From a virus (Duplodnaviria; Caudoviricetes), in the IMG/VR virus record IMGVR_UViG_3300029318_000094, positions 1 through 24,590 of that record: a stretch of DNA of 24,590 nucleotides; one strand, 5' to 3'. Under the pieces are notes generated by a model that saw nothing but the letters and a program-made list of their open reading frames with translations, was not told the origin of the DNA and ran no database searches. The translations under genes and the position numbers were made by a program. Below are positions 6,117-14,400 of this stretch, in pieces; position 1 is the stretch's first letter, and every line of letters starts with the position of its first letter.

Positions 6117-6402
6117 TAAAAAAGCGCCCTCGAAAAAAAAATCTCTAGGTTATTACAATCCAGTAAAAAACAAGAAGAAAGAAGGAGCTGCAGCCGGAGG
6201 TGGTATGACCAAAAAAGGTGTAGCTAAATATAGAAGAGATAACCCTGGCAGTAAGCTAAAAACAGCTGTTACTAAGTGTGACGTTAAAGTTGGTACTAAA
6301 GCTTATAAAAGACAAAAAGCATTTTGCAGCAGATCAAGAAGCTGGAAAGGCGAAAGAGGTAAAGCAGCTAGAAGAAGATGGTGCTGCAGTAGACATAGAT
6401 AA
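6109..6402 (+). CDS. Basic phage protein, DUF6321-like
   Basis: Motif GGMTKKGVAKYRRDNPGSKLKTAVT...RQKAFCSR...ARRRW recalled from this phage family; not verified by search. Confidence 0.7.
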   Translation: MPNKKAPSKKKSLGYYNPVKNKKKEGAAAGGGMTKKGVAKYRRDNPGSKLKTAVTKCDVKVGTKAYKRQKAFCSRSRSWKGERGKAARRRWCCSRHR

Positions 6403-6406
6403 TATT

Positions 6407-6568
6407 ATGAAATCAAGAGGACTAGGCGATGACATCGCAAAATTTACAAAAGCAACAGGAATAAAAAGTGTTGTAGACAGAGTATCACAAGGATTAAATA
6501 TACCTTGCGGATGCGAAGGAAGACAAAAAGCTATGAATGCTTTATTTCCATATAGAAAAAACAATTAA
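6407..6568 (+). CDS. Small phage protein with GLGD...CGC motif (53 aa)
   Basis: ORF track 6278..6568. The likely start is the ATG at 6407 (MKSRGLGDDIAKFTKATGIK...PCGCEGRQ), 4 nt after the previous stop. Confidence 0.75.
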   Translation: MKSRGLGDDIAKFTKATGIKSVVDRVSQGLNIPCGCEGRQKAMNALFPYRKNN

Positions 6569-6569
6569 A

Positions 6570-7310
6570 ATGGCTAAAAAACATTACACACCAAAAGATA
6601 TTAATAAAAATAATAAGCTAGATCCTTGGGAAGTTGCCAAGTATGAAGCTATAAACTCTGGAACCCCAATGGTTAAGCAAATAACTAGGGCTGCTAGATC
6701 AGCTACAGAAATAGATCAAGCTTATAGAAAAGAAGCTGCGGACGCTAAAAAAGATCCTGACTATTTAAAATTTATGGCTGAAAAGCCTGCTATGCAAATG
6801 TTAAACACTGTAGATGGTTATAAGCATTTAAAAGCAACTGCTAAAAAAACAATGGGTCATCAAATGAACTATGGTAGTAAACAAGTAAATACACCTACTG
6901 GATTTTCTTCATATGATTACGGTGTATTAATGGACGCTGCTGGTAGTGAGGTTAGAGCTGAAAGAGACGCTGAGTATGGTGCGGGCCCTAATGCTCCCCG
7001 TGGATCAGGAGTTGTAAAAGTAGAATATGTTAATCCTGCTGGTGAACAAAGTATAAATATGCAAGCAGGAGGAGTAGTTGAAGCTAAATCAAATAAACAG
7101 CCTATAGAAAAGGCTGACCCTGTAGTTATTACAAAAAAGGGAGAAAGAGTTACAAATAAATTAGATAGACTACAAAGAAGAAAAGAATTACAAGAATTTA
7201 AAGGAAAACAAAGATTAGCAAAAGGATTTACTTTAGGGGCTAACCAAAAAAGAAAAAGAATTGCTAATATTGAAAAAAGAGAAAAAAGAATAAAAAACAG
7301 ATTAAAATAA
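6570..7310 (+). CDS. Hypothetical protein (246 aa), possibly virion-internal, with an N-terminal EF-hand-like loop and a very basic C-terminus
   Basis: ORF track 6537..7310; likely start is the ATG at 6570. DINKNNKLDPWE resembles a Dx[DN]x[DN]G calcium-binding loop. Confidence 0.75.
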   Translation: MAKKHYTPKDINKNNKLDPWEVAKYEAINSGTPMVKQITRAARSATEIDQAYRKEAADAKKDPDYLKFMAEKPAMQMLNTVDGYKHLKATAKKTMGHQMNYGSKQVNTPTGFSSYDYGVLMDAAGSEVRAERDAEYGAGPNAPRGSGVVKVEYVNPAGEQSINMQAGGVVEAKSNKQPIEKADPVVITKKGERVTNKLDRLQRRKELQEFKGKQRLAKGFTLGANQKRKRIANIEKREKRIKNRLK

Positions 7311-7316
7311 AAAATC

Positions 7317-7700
7317 ATGCCAAAATTTCCAAAATCAAACAATTACACCATGAAAATCGGAAATCGCGAATTACATAGCGATCATGCGTTTAGAATGGAT
7401 TCATACGCAACGCAATATGCAATGCAGACTAACGGCGGAAAAGATTCTAAATCAGGTGAAACACTAAAGATTGATTATTTTTACATACCAAAAAATAAAA
7501 ATCTTTCAAATTTATTAAAAGATCTTTCAAAAAATAGAAGTACGGCTTCAAGAGATGTTATACAGGGACATATTGATAATTTGCCTGATTCTGCTCAAAA
7601 CCGTGCAAACGCTATATTTAAAACAATGAGTCCTTCTTATACTGAAGTTTATAAACCTAATAAAGATGGTGGAAGAGACAAAGAAGTTATAAGATACTAA
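7317..7700 (+). CDS. Hypothetical protein with MPKF...YAMQ leader (127 aa)
   Basis: ORF track; shares its N-terminal pattern with 8087..9181. Confidence 0.75.
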   Translation: MPKFPKSNNYTMKIGNRELHSDHAFRMDSYATQYAMQTNGGKDSKSGETLKIDYFYIPKNKNLSNLLKDLSKNRSTASRDVIQGHIDNLPDSAQNRANAIFKTMSPSYTEVYKPNKDGGRDKEVIRY

Positions 7701-7733
7701 AATAAATATAAATCAATTAAATTAAATTAAATC

Positions 7734-8084
7734 ATGAAAAAAACAATTATAGCAATAGCTATGCTTTTTAGCGTAGCTATATACGGACAAAAAAATATTA
7801 CAGGTATATGGGAGCAAGACGAAGGTAGTAGCTATTATACAGTAATATTAAATAATAACAAAAAAGGTTATACTTTTACAAATTTTTCATTTGAATTTCA
7901 AAATATAGTTATTGAAAATTTTATAGAAGAAACTGATACTTATGTAAAAACAGTTGTACACAATCCAGACAATGGATGGAGAGTATATTGTGAATATAGT
8001 AATATTGATAATGATACACTAATAGTTACCTATGAAGGTGATTATGTTGCAACACATAAATTCATAAGGAAAAAAATAAATTAA
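7734..8084 (+). CDS. Exported protein with Sec signal peptide, lipocalin-like beta-barrel candidate (116 aa)
   Basis: MKKTIIAIAMLFSVAIYG|Q followed by ITGIW (GxW motif) and a beta-rich mature region. Confidence 0.75.
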   Translation: MKKTIIAIAMLFSVAIYGQKNITGIWEQDEGSSYYTVILNNNKKGYTFTNFSFEFQNIVIENFIEETDTYVKTVVHNPDNGWRVYCEYSNIDNDTLIVTYEGDYVATHKFIRKKIN

Positions 8085-8086
8085 TT

Positions 8087-9181
8087 ATGCCTAAATTTCG
8101 CCCAAACAAAAACTTTAAATTAAATTATGCCATGCAACTAACCACAGATGCAATGGGTAATCCAGATTATGCTCAAGAATTTAAAAGCTTTGGCGAGGGT
8201 GTAATGGCTGATATTTCAGAAAGCGTTTCAAATTTTGAAAATACAATTATTGATCAACGTACTGATACATATAAAAAAGCTATAGCTAACGATCCTATGT
8301 ATGGCGGAATAAACGAAGTGTCTAGCTTTACAAAAGGTACTGATAAAAAATACCCTTATCTATATAGTAGATTTGATGCAAAATCAAATCCAAACATGTC
8401 TATAATAGCTGCGGGTGGCGGTACTGAAGATAGAGGCGATGATTTTTTAGTACGTGATTCAAAGGATGGTTCAGTTGTAACATATCAGTCAAATGTTAAT
8501 TCAAATACACAAAGAAAGCAGTATTTTGATCGAGAAAATGCTAAATTAAGGACACAACTTAGAACGAGTAAAGATAAAGAAAATTTAAAGAATTTAAATC
8601 TTGATGCTCAAGCATCTTCTCAAATGTATTCAAATATTATGAATGCAATTAAAAAAGGAGGGTATGGTAATGTTCAAAACGAACTTAATAAAGCTTACAA
8701 CCAATATTCTAATTTTAAATCTAGAGGAAGTGCAATTATTGGTGAAAGATTTTTCGGTAAGCCAGGAAGTACTACATCAGGATTCACTTTAGCAAATGTT
8801 GTTAATTATATGAACCCAGATGGATTAAATGTTGATACAACAAGAGATTTTAAAAGCGGTGAGAGAAAAAGATTTTTTGGCGGAAATAATACTTATGGTA
8901 GAGGTTATAGCTTAAGTAATATAAAAAGACAAAATCCTGTAAAGTATCATACAAGAATAATGTTAGGAAAACTTTCAGATTTAAATGTAAGAGCTGGTAA
9001 GAAACAGGCATTTGCGAATGAATTTGCAAAAGCAGAAGCTAGATTAAACAGGAAAGAAAAGGAGTGGAATAAATCAGATGATTTTTTGAAAAGTATAAGC
9101 GTTGATTCAAAAAGTGGTTTAACAAAGAAAACATCTCTTTTTGATAGAATAAAACTTGATTTTAATAAGAAAAAAAATTAG
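8087..9181 (+). CDS. Hypothetical protein with MPKF...YAMQ leader (364 aa), possible internal virion protein
   Basis: ORF track; hydrophilic, with no recognisable catalytic motif. Confidence 0.8.
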   Translation: MPKFRPNKNFKLNYAMQLTTDAMGNPDYAQEFKSFGEGVMADISESVSNFENTIIDQRTDTYKKAIANDPMYGGINEVSSFTKGTDKKYPYLYSRFDAKSNPNMSIIAAGGGTEDRGDDFLVRDSKDGSVVTYQSNVNSNTQRKQYFDRENAKLRTQLRTSKDKENLKNLNLDAQASSQMYSNIMNAIKKGGYGNVQNELNKAYNQYSNFKSRGSAIIGERFFGKPGSTTSGFTLANVVNYMNPDGLNVDTTRDFKSGERKRFFGGNNTYGRGYSLSNIKRQNPVKYHTRIMLGKLSDLNVRAGKKQAFANEFAKAEARLNRKEKEWNKSDDFLKSISVDSKSGLTKKTSLFDRIKLDFNKKKN

Positions 9182-9580
9182 ATGAGTAAAATATTATCTA
9201 AACTATTTGGTAATGGAGGCGGAGCAGTTGTAGACAAGCTAGCTAAAGTTGCTGATAGGTTTATTCGAACTAATGATGAAAAAGCAGAGTTCGAAAAAGA
9301 AATGACGCAAATATTTATAGAAGCAGAAAAAGAAATTCAAAAGAATGTTACCGAAAGATGGAAATCAGACTTGGAGCATGGAAATTGGTTAACACGTTCA
9401 GTTAGACCGTTAGTATTAGTATTCTTAATTGTAACTACTGTATTAATGGTTTTTATTGATTCTGGTTCTATAGCTTTTGAAGTTGAAGAAAAATGGACTG
9501 ATTTACTTCAGCTAGTTTTATTAACTGTAATCGGCGCATATTTTGGAGGGCGCTCGGTTGAAAAAATAAGAAAAAAATAA
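9182..9580 (+). CDS. Holin-like membrane protein (GTA 3TM holin family-like)
   Basis: Contains RWKSD...WLTRSVRPL, two clear hydrophobic spans and C-terminal IGAYFGGRSVEK. Confidence 0.75.
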   Translation: MSKILSKLFGNGGGAVVDKLAKVADRFIRTNDEKAEFEKEMTQIFIEAEKEIQKNVTERWKSDLEHGNWLTRSVRPLVLVFLIVTTVLMVFIDSGSIAFEVEEKWTDLLQLVLLTVIGAYFGGRSVEKIRKK

Positions 9581-9921
9581 TGCCTAGGATTAATAATTTA
9601 CCGGATGACACTGTTATTAGTAATAATGATAAACTAATAGGTACTGATTCACAAACAGGTGCATCAAGAAATTATAAAATTGGGGATTTAAGAGCTTTTA
9701 TAAGAAAAGGGACTATTTTTACTCATCATCAAAATACAGCTTCAAATACTTGGACTATAAATCATAATACTGAATCATTTCCAAGTGTTAGCTTAAAATT
9801 TTCAAGCAGCGATAAAATCTATGAAAACGTAGGTGCATATGCTGGTGTACAATACAACGACAACAATACTATAACAATAACTTTAGCGGCTGCTGAAAGT
9901 GGCTACGCATACTTAAACTAA
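9580..9921 (+). CDS. Short tail-fibre adaptor-like protein (113 aa)
   Basis: N-terminal anchor-like segment (RINNLP...DKLIGTD...RNYKIGDL) and a C-terminal beta domain (WTINHN...PSV...NTITIT). Confidence 0.65.
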   Translation: MPRINNLPDDTVISNNDKLIGTDSQTGASRNYKIGDLRAFIRKGTIFTHHQNTASNTWTINHNTESFPSVSLKFSSSDKIYENVGAYAGVQYNDNNTITITLAAAESGYAYLN

Positions 9922-9927
9922 AAAACT

Positions 9928-11340
9928 ATGGCAATACCATTTTTAAATCACTTAGACTTACGAAGTGTATCAGAGCTGCAAAACGCTATTTTACACAAAA
10001 CAACCTCTGGATCTGCATCAGATGTAAGAGGTAAAATAATATATGATACAGGATCTGATACAATAAAATATTATTCACATCCAGACGGCGGATCCGGATC
10101 TTGGGTTTCATTAACAGGAGATACAAATACATTTAGAACTGTTCAAGCAGATGGTTCTGCAATTGGTGATACTGAAACATTAAACTTAATTGGTGGTACT
10201 AATATAACATTATCTGAATCGGGCGGTGCTATTACAATTGATGGAGCTGCAGCGATGCAATTTTTCTTAGAAGATGGTAGTGGAACGGAAGTTACAATAA
10301 ACCATAATAAAGAGGTTAAATTTATAGGTGATGGTATTAGTATTGGCTGGACAGATACAGATGGCGGTGGCGATACTGATCCTTATGATTTAACATTTAC
10401 AAATTCAGATAAAGGTTCTTCTCAAAATATATTTAAAACAATTGCTACAAACCCAGCACACAGTGGCTCACTTACTTTTGTGACCTCTACAAACTTAGTA
10501 GCGGACAGCAATAATGATACTTTAAAATTATTTGACGGTACTGGTATTGCAATTGAAGGTGCGAGCGATGATATAGTTAGAATAAGGATTGCAAATAACG
10601 GTGTTAATACAACACAATTAGCTGATGACGCTGTAACAGGCGCAAAAATTGATGCTGATACAATTGATTCAGAACATTATAAAGATGGTTCTGTTGATAA
10701 CGTACATTTAGCAAATGACTCTATAACAGTTAATGGTACAGCTATTGCATTAGGAGCTTCAGGTTCAATCACAGTTGACGATGTTAGTGAGCAAAATTTA
10801 AAAAACAGATTAGCTGGATTTGATGATGGGGACACTGTTTATATTGGAGATGGTGATAATGATACAACAGTTGTTATTAGAGGTACACTTACAGTTGAAG
10901 GCACTACAACAACTGTAAATTCTGAAACATTAACAGTTGATGATAATAAAATTGTTCTTAATGATAATGTATCTGGTAATCCAACTGAAGATGCTGGTAT
11001 TATAATTGAAAGAGGTAACCAAGATAATGTTGAATTAAGATGGGTTGAAGATGATGACGACTGGGAATTTACAGCACTGAATCACGCAAGTACTCCAGCA
11101 TTAACTACATACAAAATAGCTAGATCATTTACAGCAAATATTGGTGATGGATCAGCTACATCAATAGCTGTTACTCATAATTTAGGTACAAAAGATGTAA
11201 TAGTACAATTATATGATGTTAGCTCTTATGAAACTGTTTATGCTGATGTTGTAAGAACTAATAATAAACAAGTTACAATGACATTTGCAAATGCTCCTGC
11301 AAGCAATGATGTTCGTGTTCTTATTACAACAGTAGGTTAA
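9928..11340 (+). CDS. Tail-fibre-like structural protein (470 aa)
   Basis: G/T/D/S-rich, with (V/I)xxxx(L/I)ADD-type repeats, an LTVEGTTTTVNS module and a C-terminal VTHNLGTKDVIVQLYD domain. Confidence 0.75.
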   Translation: MAIPFLNHLDLRSVSELQNAILHKTTSGSASDVRGKIIYDTGSDTIKYYSHPDGGSGSWVSLTGDTNTFRTVQADGSAIGDTETLNLIGGTNITLSESGGAITIDGAAAMQFFLEDGSGTEVTINHNKEVKFIGDGISIGWTDTDGGGDTDPYDLTFTNSDKGSSQNIFKTIATNPAHSGSLTFVTSTNLVADSNNDTLKLFDGTGIAIEGASDDIVRIRIANNGVNTTQLADDAVTGAKIDADTIDSEHYKDGSVDNVHLANDSITVNGTAIALGASGSITVDDVSEQNLKNRLAGFDDGDTVYIGDGDNDTTVVIRGTLTVEGTTTTVNSETLTVDDNKIVLNDNVSGNPTEDAGIIIERGNQDNVELRWVEDDDDWEFTALNHASTPALTTYKIARSFTANIGDGSATSIAVTHNLGTKDVIVQLYDVSSYETVYADVVRTNNKQVTMTFANAPASNDVRVLITTVG

Positions 11341-11353
11341 CAATATAAAAATA

Positions 11354-11388
11354 AAATATAGCGGTGCTTAGGTACCGCTATGTTTAAT
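11354..11388 (+). terminator. Intergenic stem-loop (weak intrinsic terminator or mRNA-stability hairpin)
   Basis: ATAGCGGTGC-TTAG-GTACCGCTAT (11358-11381) forms a 10-bp stem with one G:U pair, followed by GTTTAAT. Confidence 0.6.
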
Positions 11389-11401
11389 AAAATTAAGTAA
11401 T

Positions 11402-14400
11402 ATGGCAATACCTTTTTTATCCCCTGTAAATACTACAGCAGATATAAGATTACCAGCAAATGGTAAATTGTTTTTATGGACTGGCCATAATGATAACTTT
11501 TTACGATATAATCTATGGCAAACTTCGGCCTCCGCAGGTATGACCATCAAAAATATTGCCAGTTCTGGTGATATTTATTTCCAAACAAATTCTTCAACAG
11601 CTTTAACGCTAGATTCAAATCAAAATGTAATTGCTAATGCTTTTACAGGTAGGTTACAGGGTGCTACTACAGGTGCGCCAGACGCTACAATTTGGTGTGT
11701 TAGTGGTGAATATACTAATTGGGGTATATTTTATAATGAAGGTACGCCTGATAAAATTGAATTTAAAGCAAGTGGATCTGTAACATCAAGCATTACTTTA
11801 GACAATGGTAATATATCAACTATAGGGAATATAGTAACAACCACTAATTCAGCTAAAATACAAACACCAAGAATTAGTATGGAAGCTGACGGTACTTTAG
11901 ATTGGGGTCAAGCTAGGAACGCTGGTACGTTAACCTGGGACTCAGACTATGCTTATTTAAAAGGTCAAGTTAATAAAGGTGTAAAAATTCAAGTAAACAA
12001 TACTACAACTGCTTTAACATTTGAAACTGACGCTAATGCAACTTTTGCAGGCAGTGTAGGTGTTGGAGGTAGCCCAGGTGCTAAATTTGATGTTAATGCT
12101 GGAACTACTAATACAGTAGCTATATTTGAAAGCACTGATGATAAAGCATTTATAATACTTAAAGATGATACCACTAGTACTCATTTAATAACTAAAGATA
12201 ATAAATTTTCCATAGGTGAATCATCAACAGACTACGATAATTTTAAAGTTGATATTACAACTGGAGACACAACTATTGCAGGTGATATAACTTTAAGTAC
12301 TGATGCAGATATATTAAAAGCTGGCACAAATCCTTTTAGAGTATTTACAAATGGAACTTTAGGTCTTTCTATATCAGCATCACAACATGCAACTTTTGCA
12401 GGTAGTGTAACTGCAAGGGGCATACACTTAGGTGGTCTAGGAGACTATATAACTTTTTATGGTGGTGGTGAAACAAACCACTCTATTACGTCTAGACAAT
12501 TAGATGGTGGAACTGGAGATGATATAAGAGTAAATACTTATGGTTCTTTTATTGTAAACTTAGATTCAAACAACAATCAATCAGCAGCTGCCAACTCTAG
12601 TTTCTTTGTTGGTAGACATGGTGGCAACGCTAGTGGAATATCAGGTACAAATCTTTTATTTCAGATAGACGGTGCAACTGGTAATGTTCTGCCCGGTACA
12701 GATAGCACTCATGATTTAGGTACCTCATCAAATAGATGGGCAAACGTATATGCAGATACATTACATGGTACTGTTGCCCAAGCAAATAACTTACAAGCTT
12801 TTGACGATAGAGATATGGCTCCGGAAGACATGTCTTATAGTGATGATTTAAAATTATTCTTTGTTGAAAAATCAGGTATAGAGGGCGGCACAGTGGGAAC
12901 CAATTACCAAGATGCATTATTTATTAGTTCTTATGTTGATTCCTCAGGTGGTAATCCTAACCTATTAGCTTTTGATAAAAGTCAAAAGAAAATATATCAT
13001 TATCAAGCTAGTGCAACTGCTGCAAGCTGGGGAACTCCAAAAGAATTGGCATATACAGACAGTGTTTTAAATTTAAGCGGGGGTACTTTACAAGGTAATA
13101 TCGCTATGGGTGATAATGATATTACAGGTCTTAATAAAATAACATTTACAGATGGTGTAGAATTATTTGGAAGTGGCACTAATAATTATTTAAAATTTAA
13201 AACATTATCTACTTCTAATGGGGGTATATTATTTCAAGATGGCGATAACACTACACAAGGTTATTTATATTATGATGGTAATGCAACGTCATCTTTTGGT
13301 TTTTTAGATGGCACTGGCTCTTGGGCTGTAAGATGTTTAGAAAATCAATATGTAGAACTAAGATATGATAATTCTACAAAACTTAGAACTGCAAGTGCAG
13401 GTGTTACTATAACGGGTACAATGGAAGCAACTAACGATGTTGTTGGTGCGGGAGATTTATCTATAAGAAATGTAAAACTAAACCAGGGTAATTCACCTAC
13501 TATTACATTAGGTGTTATTAATAGTTCAACTGGTAATTCTAAAATTCAGTTTTATAGTAAAAATAGTGGGGCAGCAAATGGTTACGCTTTACAATATAAT
13601 AAAGACACTGGTATTGATAGACTAGAATTTATTGATGGTTCTGGAAATGCTAATATTAAATTTAATAACGGCGGCGCTGCAGAATTTGCAGGTAGTGTAA
13701 CAGCAACACAAATTAACACAGGCCAAGGTGCTACAGAGGTTCATTTAATGAATCAAAATCTTAGAACAACTGATGATGTAACATTTGATGACTTAACAGT
13801 TACAGGTAATTTAACTATTACAGGTGATATTAATTCTTATAATGTTACAGACCTAGATATAACAGACAAAACAATTACATTAGGTAAAGGGCAAGACGAG
13901 GGGCACTCTGGAGGTTCAGGGCTAGTTGTAGACGGATCCGGCGCAAGTATACTTTGGGATGAATCTAACGATACGTGGGATTTTAATAAAGGTGTACACA
14001 TTAGTGGTCAGTTAATGACTCAAGCATTAGACGCTTCTGCTAGTATTGTTCAACATTTAAGATGTAGTGATGGTAGTAATGCAGCTACATTTAGAACTAC
14101 AACAACTGGAAGAATATTTGAAATAAGATCACAAAATAGTGGATCTTTAAAATTTGATTCAACAAGTTCAACCTTTACAGGTCATGTAAATGCTGCAACT
14201 GGGTTTAGAATGGCATCAGGTCAAGCAATAGATTTTGTTAGTACAAATATTGGTTATAATTCTATAGAAAGAAATACATCAGTAGGTGGTTTACAAATAA
14301 ACACTGGCGATACCGCGTCAATGAATATATTAGATAATGGTAATGTTGGTATAAATTCTACTTCACCAGAAGAAAAGCTAACTATATCTACTGGTAATGT

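Noticed and set aside
2927-7342. Minus-strand ORFs 2927..3310, 3501..4001, 4074..4325, 6334..6564 and 6917..7342
   Set aside because: They are antisense to well-supported genes such as groEL. Their hydrophobic F/L richness simply mirrors Lys/Glu codons on the coding strand.
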